64,000 nt of DNA from Omnitrophica WOR_2 bacterium RIFOXYA2_FULL_38_17 (GTDB lineage Bacteria > Omnitrophota > Gorgyraeia > Zapsychrales > Zapsychraceae), in NCBI GenBank assembly GCA_001805965.1, contig MHHG01000052.1:13930-77929 (forward strand). The letters run 5' to 3'. The translations under genes were made by a program, and so were the position numbers. Within the stretch, counting starts at the first letter, position 1. Every line of letters begins with the position of its first letter. A model generated the notes under the pieces. It had not been told where the DNA came from, did no database searches, and saw nothing but the letters and a program-made list of their open reading frames with translations. Positions 9,933-19,145 of this stretch are shown here, in pieces.

Positions 9933-9975
9933 AAAAAGGGGTCATTTGGTAGGGATTTGCTGAATGGCCCTTTTT
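9933..9975 (+). terminator. Intrinsic terminator after btuB (possibly bidirectional)
   Basis: aaaaaggggtcatt...aatggcccttttt stem flanked by A and T runs. Confidence 0.75.
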
Positions 9976-10442
9976 GTTGTAAATAGTGAAACAATTTGAA
10001 TGTATTAAGAAATGTGATACTATACTCATATTAGTTTACCTATGTTTATTTTTATTAAAAGAAAAGTTTAATGTTTTTTCATGCTTTCATGTTCTTTCTT
10101 TTCTTCCTGATAGTTTATCATGTTTATATTCGTGTTCATCATCGATGACAAAAGATCACGATGTTTTTGGGAGAGATAGAATAATTTGCTTGGTTATTTA
10201 TAATTTATTTATTGGAAGAAACATAGAGTTTTGCTTGCAGTGGGTCACATTGTGTTATAAGCATTTTAGATAAATAACTGAAAGAGTTCAGATTTTATTT
10301 GCTAAAGTTTTATATCCTTGTGAGATTTGATTCAGATTATTAACGTTATAGGTTTAAGTTGTATCTGCAATTCCTAGCATTAATTTTGTACCAAGTCAAT
10401 TAAGTTTACATAAATATCATTCTACAGAACAAGGAGGTTTTA

Positions 10443-12848
10443 ATGGCGCGGGGATTTTTTACCAATAATAAAAAGTTTTGTTTGTTTCTAGGATCTCTTT
10501 TATGCGTTATTGTTGTTGGTTGGTTATTGTTTTGTACAATCGGATACACTTTTATTGATAATGTGTATTATGAAAGGCTTTCCCCGCAATTAAATAGTAT
10601 AATTAGAGGCAAAAGTGCTTATCCTGTTCAACATTATTATGATCTTGCTAATAAGCTTATTGGCGGTTTTCTCTTTAATCTTCCAATTTTAGTTTGTTTT
10701 TTGCTTCTAATCTTTAGGCCAACATTCTTAAAATCTCTTCTTCCTTGGGACAAATGGTTTAAAAAACATACAGAGGATATTGACTCAATACCAGCTGCGC
10801 AGTTGGGATTATGGATTGTTTTAGCAGCAGCAGTAGGGCTATATGCGGAGTTGATGATCATTCGTATTCATTCATCGTTTTTTCAGCTTTTTGCATATTT
10901 TAAGAACATTAGTTTATTGTCATGTTTTCTCGGTTTGTGTATTGGTTTTGCACGTGGGAATAAGAAGCCTTTGCAGACTCCTGTTGTTTTGCCGATGATA
11001 ACAATGCAGATCTTGTTTTTGTTTAATTTGAGACATTCACCTATTGCAAAGCTACTTCAGAATCCTGTGTCAGAACAATTAGGAATGGGTATCAGTCAGA
11101 TAACGGGTCTTCTGACACTGTTTGTCACATATGGATTCCTTCTTTTTATTTTTGTTGTTAATATGTTTTGTTTTATTCCCTTAGGGCATTTGGTTTCACG
11201 TCTTATGTCAAAGCAGGACAAACTTGTGTCTTATAGTTGGAATCTTATTGGTAGTATTGCTGGGGTAATACTGTTTGGAGTTATCTCCTTTTTGTGGGCT
11301 CCGCCGATTCTTTGGCTTTTCATATGTGCGCTAGGGGTTATGGCGTTTCTCTATAAGGATAATAAAAGCATTGTTATTTCATTACTATGTATTTTCCTCA
11401 TTGTTTTATTCTTTTCTATCCCAACTCAACTTGATGAATACGATATCTATTCTCCATATCAAACGCTTACTTTGCGTATTGACCAAGGGGGGAGGCCTAT
11501 TAAGATCAAGACAAGTAATGTTTATCTTCAAAAGATCTTGGATCTAAGTAAGGAAGAGAAAAAAGAACATGATACAGAGGCAAGCTCTAAAGCTTATTAT
11601 GATTTTCCATATGTTTTCAAGAAAAATCCAAATAATGTTTTGATAGTTGGTAGCGGTACAGGTAATGATGTCTCAGCAGCTCTTCATAATAATGCTCAAA
11701 GAATTGACGCAGTTGAAATTGATCCTGCAATCATGGGTTTTGGAAAAGCTATTCATCCGGAGTTTCCTTACCAATCTGAAAAAGTTAATGCCATAGTTGA
11801 TGATGCGAGGGCATATTTCAGAAAAGCAAATAGCAAATATGATATTATTGTATATGCACTGTTAGATTCTCATATGTTGTTGTCAGGTCGAGCAGGCAAT
11901 ATGCGTTTGGATAGTTATGTTTATACGGTTGAGAGTTTCCAGGAGGCAAAAAATCTTCTTAAATCAGATGGTATAATTTGTTTGTCATTTTCTGTTCTTG
12001 ATGAGAATCTGGGAAAAAAGCTCTATAAAATGTTAGCTATGGCTTTTGATGGAAAGAATCCACTTGTGTTTAGAAGCAGTTACGATGGAAGCTTAACTTT
12101 TATTGCGGGAGAGGCTGTAACAGCACAACAATATTCAAGTCTTAATGAAGTTGAAAATATTACACATGAATTTTTAAATGATCAAAGTAAAGTAGACATT
12201 TCAACTGACGATTGGCCGTTTTTTTATATGCCTAAGAGAAAATATCCGAAATCATATTTTATGATTTTTTCTATATTGTTTCTCTTGTCGGGTTTTTATG
12301 TTAGAAAGTATATGTCTGTATCTGGCACAGAAGGCGGTTTCTCATGGCCTTGTTTTTTCTTAGGCGCTGGATTTATGCTTATTGAAACTAAGGGAATAAC
12401 TGAATTAGCATTGATCTATGGCAGTACATGGTTTGTTATAAGTATTGTTATATTAGCGATCCTTATTATGGCGTTCTTTGCTAATTTATTGGTCATTAAA
12501 CGGAAAGAGCCGTCTAGTTATGTAACCTATGGATTGCTTTTTGTTGCGATATTGATTGGATATTTTTTCACTTATTTGCACTCTGTGATGTCTATTTCAT
12601 TGAGCCGCATTGTTGTTCCAATGATTATTACATTACCATTATTCTTCTCTGGATTTGCATTTTCAACTGAGCTAAAAAAATCATCTTCGATAGGAGTTGC
12701 ATTATCTTCGAATTTATTGGGAGCTATGTTGGGTGGATTTCTAGAATATAATTCAATGTATTTTGGTTTTCGTTCGCTTTATATTATTGCATTGTTCACT
12801 TATGTTCTTGCTTTTGCGTCATCTGTTTTAGCATTGAAAAGGACATAA
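10443..12848 (+). CDS. Polytopic membrane protein with a central spermidine-synthase-like SAM-binding domain
   Basis: N- and C-terminal TM bundles around VLIVGSGTGND, AVEIDP, VDDARAY, LDSYVYTVESF, STDDWPFFY; C-terminal NLLGAMLGG. Confidence 0.8.
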   Translation: MARGFFTNNKKFCLFLGSLLCVIVVGWLLFCTIGYTFIDNVYYERLSPQLNSIIRGKSAYPVQHYYDLANKLIGGFLFNLPILVCFLLLIFRPTFLKSLLPWDKWFKKHTEDIDSIPAAQLGLWIVLAAAVGLYAELMIIRIHSSFFQLFAYFKNISLLSCFLGLCIGFARGNKKPLQTPVVLPMITMQILFLFNLRHSPIAKLLQNPVSEQLGMGISQITGLLTLFVTYGFLLFIFVVNMFCFIPLGHLVSRLMSKQDKLVSYSWNLIGSIAGVILFGVISFLWAPPILWLFICALGVMAFLYKDNKSIVISLLCIFLIVLFFSIPTQLDEYDIYSPYQTLTLRIDQGGRPIKIKTSNVYLQKILDLSKEEKKEHDTEASSKAYYDFPYVFKKNPNNVLIVGSGTGNDVSAALHNNAQRIDAVEIDPAIMGFGKAIHPEFPYQSEKVNAIVDDARAYFRKANSKYDIIVYALLDSHMLLSGRAGNMRLDSYVYTVESFQEAKNLLKSDGIICLSFSVLDENLGKKLYKMLAMAFDGKNPLVFRSSYDGSLTFIAGEAVTAQQYSSLNEVENITHEFLNDQSKVDISTDDWPFFYMPKRKYPKSYFMIFSILFLLSGFYVRKYMSVSGTEGGFSWPCFFLGAGFMLIETKGITELALIYGSTWFVISIVILAILIMAFFANLLVIKRKEPSSYVTYGLLFVAILIGYFFTYLHSVMSISLSRIVVPMIITLPLFFSGFAFSTELKKSSSIGVALSSNLLGAMLGGFLEYNSMYFGFRSLYIIALFTYVLAFASSVLALKRT

Positions 12849-12903
12849 ATGATAGTAATCAAAATTGCATGAAAAAAAAGAAATAAATTGAAAGGGGCAG
12901 AAA

Positions 12904-13134
12904 GTGGATATTAAGGAACGGTTAAATAAGGTTTTCAAAGATGTTTTTGATGATGATTCTCTTGAAATTAATGAAACGATGACAGCAGAAGATGTGGATA
13001 TGTGGGATTCTCTTATGCATATTACGCTTATTGTTGCCATTGAGAGAGAATTTGGTATAAAATTTAATACTTCAGATGTTAATTCTTTAGAAAATGTTGG
13101 AAGTTTAATTGAAAAAATAAAAGAACGTTCTTAG
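12904..13134 (+). CDS. Acyl carrier protein
   Basis: 76-aa acidic protein with a WDSLMH phosphopantetheine site and AIEREFGIKF. Confidence 0.92.
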   Translation: MDIKERLNKVFKDVFDDDSLEINETMTAEDVDMWDSLMHITLIVAIEREFGIKFNTSDVNSLENVGSLIEKIKERS

Positions 13135-13202
13135 ATTGGTTTTAGGGGTAATAGTAACTAAGAACGGTTTATAAAAAATATTGTTTGGGATTTGCGGTTA
13201 TA

Positions 13203-14930
13203 GTGGATTTTTTAAAGTTAAAAAAGAACCTAAAAAAAGATTTTTCAAAGTTTCAGATCGTAAAAATTGCGATATTGGGAGATAATGCGACACAATTATT
13301 TGCTCAAGCTTTGAAGGGATATGGTTATGAGATTAGTATCAATTTTGACATTTTTGAAGCTGATTACAATCAGATAGACCTGCAGATATTTGATAGATCT
13401 TCTGAATTTTACAAGTTTAAACCAGAATTTGCTGTTCTCGCATGTTCCTCTCAAAAACTTCTTAAAAAATTCTATAAGCTCAATGATGTGCAGAAGGCAG
13501 TTTTTGCTAGTGAACAGATAAACAAGATTGAATCTGAGGTGAAGACCATTCTTGACAATCATCCTTGCAGGGTAATTTATTTTAATTACACAGAAAGCGA
13601 TGATAATATTTATGGAAATTATTCCAACAAGGTCAAGGAATCCTGGCTTTATCAGATTAGGAAAATTAATCTGGATTTGATGAACCTTAGTCAGGATATT
13701 TGTAATTTATTCATAAATGATATTTGCTCCTTACAGCATCAATATGGAAGAAGATTTGTTCATGATGCTAAATTTTATGTCAATGCCGATATGGTATTTA
13801 GCGTCGATTCCCTTCCGATCATCGCAAAGAATGTGACGGACATTGTTTTAGCTGTAAATGGAAAATTAAAAAAATGCTTAATATTGGACTTAGATAATCT
13901 TTTGTGGGGTGGAGTAATTGGCGATGATGGGGTCAATGGCATAGAATTGGGTGATCTAGGTATAGGAAAAGTATTTGTTGAGCTTCAAGAGTGGATAAAG
14001 CAGTTGAAAGATCGGGGTATTATTCTTGCCGTATGCAGTAAGAATGATGAGGATAATGCAAAAGAGCCTTTTGAAAAACATCCAGACATGGTTCTTAAGT
14101 TGGATGATATTGCTGTTTTTGTATCCAATTGGGAAAACAAATCCGAGAACATCAAGCATATTCAAGCTGTTCTCAATATTGGTTTTGATTCCATGGTATT
14201 TCTTGACGACAATCCTTTTGAGCGGGAGATAGTGCATTCCTTTATTCCGGACATTTCTATTCCTGACTTACCTGAAGATCCATCAGAGTATTTAGATTTT
14301 ATAAAGAGTTGTAACTTTTTTGAAACAGCTTCGCATTCTTCAAATGACAGCAATCGGACTAAGCAGTATCAACAGGAAGCAAAGAGAAAAGGAATTCAAA
14401 AAAACTTTGCAAATGAAGATGAATTTTTAGCAAGTTTAGGAATGCAATCGGATGTTAAAGAGTTTGATGAGTTTACCATTCCAAGAATTGCGCAATTAAC
14501 CCAAAGATCCAATCAGTTTAATTTGAGGACTATAAGATATTCTGAAGATGATATTCGAAGAATATCTGAGTCTAAAGATCACCATGGATTATCTTTTACT
14601 CTTGAAGATAAGTTTGGTGATTATGGTTTGATAAGCGTTGTTATCCTGGAGAATAGAGGCAAGGAATTGTTTGTTGATACCTGGATCATGAGTTGCAGGG
14701 TGCTCAAAAGAGGGGTTGAAAAATTTGTTTTTAATCAAGTTTTAAAATACGCACAGACCAATGGATGTCAGCGAATTGTTGGAGAGTATATCCCTACGGC
14801 AAAAAATAGTATTGCAAAAAATCTTTATGAAGATTTGGGTTTTTCTTGTGAGTCTGGATATTGGTATGTTGATGTAAAGGGCTCTGATATGAAGGCTAAC
14901 TTAATTAAACATAATGTGAATTGTATTTAG
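13203..14930 (+). CDS. fkbH: FkbH-like HAD-IIIC phosphatase/glyceryl transferase
   Basis: LILDLDNLLWGG, CSKN, NWENKS, FLDDNPFER, RSNQFNL, DKFGDYG, MSCRVL; probable GTG start at 13203. Confidence 0.9.
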   Translation: MDFLKLKKNLKKDFSKFQIVKIAILGDNATQLFAQALKGYGYEISINFDIFEADYNQIDLQIFDRSSEFYKFKPEFAVLACSSQKLLKKFYKLNDVQKAVFASEQINKIESEVKTILDNHPCRVIYFNYTESDDNIYGNYSNKVKESWLYQIRKINLDLMNLSQDICNLFINDICSLQHQYGRRFVHDAKFYVNADMVFSVDSLPIIAKNVTDIVLAVNGKLKKCLILDLDNLLWGGVIGDDGVNGIELGDLGIGKVFVELQEWIKQLKDRGIILAVCSKNDEDNAKEPFEKHPDMVLKLDDIAVFVSNWENKSENIKHIQAVLNIGFDSMVFLDDNPFEREIVHSFIPDISIPDLPEDPSEYLDFIKSCNFFETASHSSNDSNRTKQYQQEAKRKGIQKNFANEDEFLASLGMQSDVKEFDEFTIPRIAQLTQRSNQFNLRTIRYSEDDIRRISESKDHHGLSFTLEDKFGDYGLISVVILENRGKELFVDTWIMSCRVLKRGVEKFVFNQVLKYAQTNGCQRIVGEYIPTAKNSIAKNLYEDLGFSCESGYWYVDVKGSDMKANLIKHNVNCI

Positions 14931-14961
14931 AGGGATCCTGAATATTGGAAGGAAAAATTTG

Positions 14962-16053
14962 ATGGATAATAAAAGAAATATTGTGAAGCAACTAAAGATT
15001 ATTAGCGCATTTCTTTTGTTTTCTTTTACATTGATTGTTGTCGCAGAAGTAGGCATTCGGATATTTTATCCGCAAATGTACAAAACAACTTATTTGGATG
15101 AGTTTTCTCCGGGCATTGAGGATGAGCAATTGGGGACTATTTTTGCACCAAATGCAACCTGGATCATTGAGAGACCAGAGTTTAAAGTAACACATTATAC
15201 AAATAGTCAGGGTTTGGCTGACAAAACTAATCATATTATTCCTAAACCAAAAGGATTGAAACGGATCTTAGTTTGTGGAAGTTCTAATACTTTTTCAGAA
15301 GGTGTCGAGCAAGATGAGGGATGGCCCGCTATTCTTGAAAGTGAACTTTTGCGAAAGGGTTATAATGTTGATGTTGTTAAAGCAGGGATGTTTGCTTTTG
15401 ATACGGCATCAACAGTTCTTTTTATGGAGAGAATTTTTGATAAATATCAACCCAACTATGTTGTTATCTCTGTTGATTCTGCTGTGATTCTCACCAATGC
15501 GCCAATGTCGAAATTTCAAGAAAAAAAGAAACAAAGTGATTATAATTTTAAAATTGCACATAAGCCCAAGAAGGATTTGCACCTTATCAGTCTGATTAAA
15601 AGAATTATTCGGATGAATGATATTGTCTATTCTCATTACAATATGAAGAAAGGGTGGGCCCCAATTTTTGAAGTAGACGGAGAATTTAGAAGAAATCAAA
15701 TTGAGATAACGAAGGAACTCTTATTGAGGGCTAAAGAGTTTGTCTCAAAAAAAGGTGCTTCTTTGGTAGTTTTATCAATACCAGAAAATACACAAACTCT
15801 TATAAAAGCGAATAATATTCAAATTGAGAACATTGACCCTGAAATTAATGATAAAGCATTGGCGGGATTTTCTAAGTCTCAGGATATTTTTTGGCTTTCT
15901 ACACTAACACCTTTGTCCGAGAATTATAAAAGAGAAAGAAAAAAATTGTACCATAGACTAGATGGACATTTAAACAGAAATGGACACAGAATTATTGGTG
16001 AGTTTTTGTCTGATCAGTTTGAGGGGCTTTTTAAAGATAGCAAAACAAAGTAA
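14962..16053 (+). CDS. Membrane-anchored SGNH/AlgJ-AlgX-like acyltransferase or esterase
   Basis: N-terminal TM with EVGIR, TNSQG, RILVCGSSNT (GDS-like), C-terminal DGHLN catalytic DxH. Confidence 0.8.
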   Translation: MDNKRNIVKQLKIISAFLLFSFTLIVVAEVGIRIFYPQMYKTTYLDEFSPGIEDEQLGTIFAPNATWIIERPEFKVTHYTNSQGLADKTNHIIPKPKGLKRILVCGSSNTFSEGVEQDEGWPAILESELLRKGYNVDVVKAGMFAFDTASTVLFMERIFDKYQPNYVVISVDSAVILTNAPMSKFQEKKKQSDYNFKIAHKPKKDLHLISLIKRIIRMNDIVYSHYNMKKGWAPIFEVDGEFRRNQIEITKELLLRAKEFVSKKGASLVVLSIPENTQTLIKANNIQIENIDPEINDKALAGFSKSQDIFWLSTLTPLSENYKRERKKLYHRLDGHLNRNGHRIIGEFLSDQFEGLFKDSKTK

Positions 16054-16124
16054 ATGAAGCAATAATTTCTCCCTTGTAGGAAATCAATTCATTACATTTG
16101 AAGTTTTAACAATGAGCATTTATA

Positions 16125-16224
16125 TCTGATTGTATTTGATAGGGGATAGTTGCTGATTAAAGTGAACATGAGGCCGAAGGCCGAGTGAACTTGATCAGTA
16201 GCTATCGCCTGTTTAGTAATCAGA
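16125..16224. repeat. Long imperfect inverted repeat between convergent SGNH and MBOAT genes
   Basis: aggggatagttgctgattaa (16141-16160) versus ttgatcagtagctatcgcct (16191-16210); inner ggccgaaggcc hairpin; outer tctgattg/taatcaga. Confidence 0.75.
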
Positions 16225-16243
16225 GGAAAAAGATAATGCTCTA

Positions 16244-17668
16244 CTATAAAACTTGATAAATAAACTGAGGGGTGTTATCTGTGAAGAAAAGAGCAGTAAT
16301 TATAATTGCTAAAAACTTAATGCTCAATGAAAGAAACGAGGAGTATAGCTTCAAATTTTCAGGTAGGAATTTTGTCAATTTTAAAAGGGGTTTCTCGATA
16401 GCGACAAGCAAAAGTTTTATGAAGGCGAGAATCATAGTGCCAACTGCGAAAGTTGCAAATAATCCTGTGAATGATAATGATCTTATAAGCCAAGAGATTC
16501 TTTGTGCGCTTAGAAAAAGGCATGATGTACTTATGAACATGTAGCTGAAAGTCAATCCAGAGGTAAAAGTGTTAAAAATAATATTATTATTTAGCTTAGA
16601 ATAGTTTTCTTTGCTCAATTTTTGGCGGCAAAGGTTGTCGTAAAGTTTGTTGAGGCTAACTCCAGTTCCTAGGAGGAGTCCATAAATAACTGATGAAAAT
16701 GTAGATCCATGCCACAAGCCCACGATGAAAAACGTAATAAAATATGCAATGATGCCAAATAGATTGAACAATTTAGGACTATTGTTCATGATTACAAATT
16801 TCTTTAATATTGGATTAAAGATAAATGTTTTAAACCAGTTTGATAGTGTGATGTGCCAACGACTCCAAAAATCTAAGAGACTTGTTGCCCGAAATGGTTG
16901 ATTGAAATTTTCAGGTAACTTAAAACCAATGATTTGTCCAATTGTAATGATGATATCCATGTATCCAGCAAAATAAATATATATGTACAAATAGTAGAAG
17001 CTGGATGCTCCAAAATATGTGTAAATATTCTGAGGATTTGAATAAAAAGATGTAGCTAAATTTTCATAAATTATATGGAAAAGTGGGGCTATCAGTAAGA
17101 TTTTAAGGTATCCATTAACGAGTCTTTTGCAGTGAATGAGGAAATCGAAGTAAATGTTTTTATTGTTGAGGTCTTTCAGCTGAGCCTTGAAGTCTTTGAA
17201 GGACTGTATGGGCCCAGATATGTAACATAAATAAAAACAAACATAATTAAAAAAGTCAAAAATTCCAATTTTTTCTTTATATTGTCGTTCATTTACATCA
17301 ATCATAAGGTGAATAACTCTAAAAAGAATGAAGGAAAAGCCAATGGATAAATAGGGTTTATTGTAAAAAGGGACGAAGAATAGAAAGGCATATTTTTTTA
17401 AATATATGAATATTCCGATTAATAGTAGTAGCAAAAATAGAAAGGCATTCTTAAAGCATTGTTTTTCAATAAGTTTTATGGCTGTAAAACAAAAAACCAG
17501 GAAAAGTCCTAGGGGTATTAATTCATAAGGACTTTTGGCCAGAAGACAAAGAAAAGTAATATTAAGAATAGCTATACCCAAAGATTTGAATGTCTTAATG
17601 GGTGTAATATGAAACGCTAAAAATGTTAAAAATATATAGATTGTAAACTGTTTTGAGGCAATATTCAT
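16244..17668 (-). CDS. MBOAT family O-acyltransferase (AlgI/DltB-like)
   Basis: SIGFSFILFRVI, ISGPI, FAGYMDI, LPENFNQPF, DFWSRWHITLSNW, GLWHG. Confidence 0.93.
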   Translation of the reverse strand: MNIASKQFTIYIFLTFLAFHITPIKTFKSLGIAILNITFLCLLAKSPYELIPLGLFLVFCFTAIKLIEKQCFKNAFLFLLLLLIGIFIYLKKYAFLFFVPFYNKPYLSIGFSFILFRVIHLMIDVNERQYKEKIGIFDFFNYVCFYLCYISGPIQSFKDFKAQLKDLNNKNIYFDFLIHCKRLVNGYLKILLIAPLFHIIYENLATSFYSNPQNIYTYFGASSFYYLYIYIYFAGYMDIIITIGQIIGFKLPENFNQPFRATSLLDFWSRWHITLSNWFKTFIFNPILKKFVIMNNSPKLFNLFGIIAYFITFFIVGLWHGSTFSSVIYGLLLGTGVSLNKLYDNLCRQKLSKENYSKLNNNIIFNTFTSGLTFSYMFISTSCLFLSAQRISWLIRSLSFTGLFATFAVGTMILAFIKLLLVAIEKPLLKLTKFLPENLKLYSSFLSLSIKFLAIIITALFFTDNTPQFIYQVL

Positions 17669-17760
17669 AAAATTTTTTATAATGACATTCTTGTTAATAT
17701 TTGATTTTTATGTATAATACTTTGAATATTATTTAATCTAAGATAACAAATTGAAGCTAA

Positions 17761-18708
17761 ATGTCAAAAACTCTTTCAAAAAACTTAAATGAAAAAGTTC
17801 CCAATGAATATCCTCTACTGAAAGATTGTTTGATGTATTTGAATAACAATTTTTCTCTATATTCAACAGCAAACAACTATATATTAAACAATTTTGATGA
17901 TAACTATTATTTGTCTTCAGAAGAACTTTTAAGAATCATGATGCGCATGACTGGGGGAAAAGAGGGTTTGATGAAGTCCTTAGATTCTCTGGTCCAGGTT
18001 TCAAGAGGGATGATGCTATCACAAGCGCGTTTGAAGATGAACGGAAAATATGAGTTTAGCTCCTTTGAAGAGGTAAATGCAAATTTTTATCAAAATAAGG
18101 ATGTAATTATTGGGCATATGGATGCACTGTTGATATCTCAAGTTTTTTGGCCAAATCATTACAAATTTGGCCAATTCTTTATCAATTTATCAGATTTAAC
18201 GAATTCGAGTTCAAAAGTTTTAGATATTCCGTCTGGTGATGGGATCTTTAGTTATTATTTATCAAAGTGTTTTTCTTTTAAAGAGCTTCATTGTGTTGAT
18301 ATCAGTTCTTATTGTATTGATTACACTAAAAAATTTCTTGAAGCATCTAATTTGGGCACTGATAAAATTTATTATATGGTAAAAGATGTTTTTGATTTTT
18401 CTGAAAGTGAAGTGTATGATTTTATTGTTTGTGGTGAACTTTTGGAGCATGTTGAAAATCCAGAGCGATTATTAGGAAAACTGAAAACATTGACTAATAA
18501 CGATGGCAGGATATTTTTAACTACAGCAATATTTTCTGCATCAGAAGATCATATTTATCTGTTTAATAATGTAGATGAGGTCAGGGATATGATTAATAAT
18601 CATTTTGTTATTGAGTCAGAGTTAATATTACCGTCTTCTTTAAAGGACTATGATCCGAGTATGGAAAAAGAAGCTATTAATTATGCTTGTGTAGTGAGGG
18701 TAAAGTGA
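17761..18708 (+). CDS. Class I SAM-dependent methyltransferase
   Basis: VLDIPSGDG, VDIS, YDFIVCGELLEHVENP. Confidence 0.85.
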   Translation: MSKTLSKNLNEKVPNEYPLLKDCLMYLNNNFSLYSTANNYILNNFDDNYYLSSEELLRIMMRMTGGKEGLMKSLDSLVQVSRGMMLSQARLKMNGKYEFSSFEEVNANFYQNKDVIIGHMDALLISQVFWPNHYKFGQFFINLSDLTNSSSKVLDIPSGDGIFSYYLSKCFSFKELHCVDISSYCIDYTKKFLEASNLGTDKIYYMVKDVFDFSESEVYDFIVCGELLEHVENPERLLGKLKTLTNNDGRIFLTTAIFSASEDHIYLFNNVDEVRDMINNHFVIESELILPSSLKDYDPSMEKEAINYACVVRVK

Positions 18709-19103
18709 AAGAAGTTTATCGGCTAAATGTATTGGGGGATGATGTTGTCTTTCATCATATTGGAATTGTTACAAAATCCATGGATGAAATTATTGATCCT
18801 AAGCTAAAAATTGAAGATCCTATCCAAAAAGTAAGAGTCGCATTTGCTGATATGCATGGATTGCAGGTTGAGCTTATTGAACCATTAGGGGACGAATCTC
18901 CAGTACATAAATTTCTAAAAAAGAAACAGTATTTCTATCATTTGTGTTTCTCGGTAAAGGATGTTGAAAGAACTTTGGAAATATCCAAGGAAAATGACTT
19001 TTACTGTGTTTCTAGACCAGCTAAAGCGGTTGCCTTTGGTAATAATAAGATTGCTTGGATTTACAGTAGGGAATATGGGTTAATAGAATTGCTTGAAAGA
19101 TAG
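18705..19103 (+). CDS. VOC/glyoxalase family protein (methylmalonyl-CoA epimerase-like)
   Basis: FHHIGIV, DPIQKV, VELIEP, YHLCF, IELLE metal ligands; GTG start overlaps the upstream TGA. Confidence 0.88.
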   Translation: MKEVYRLNVLGDDVVFHHIGIVTKSMDEIIDPKLKIEDPIQKVRVAFADMHGLQVELIEPLGDESPVHKFLKKKQYFYHLCFSVKDVERTLEISKENDFYCVSRPAKAVAFGNNKIAWIYSREYGLIELLER

Positions 19104-19145
19104 CAAGTACAATATTTGTTTTAATAGAAAAAGGAGCTTGATTTA

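Noticed and set aside
9986-10273. 95-aa + strand ORF, and a short minus-strand frame in the same gap
   Set aside because: No RBS or motifs; low-complexity AT-rich intergenic sequence after a terminator.
12904-14930. ACP and FkbH as a polyketide or tetronate cluster
   Set aside because: No KS, AT, FabH-like or NRPS genes; the context is MBOAT/SGNH and sugar pathways.
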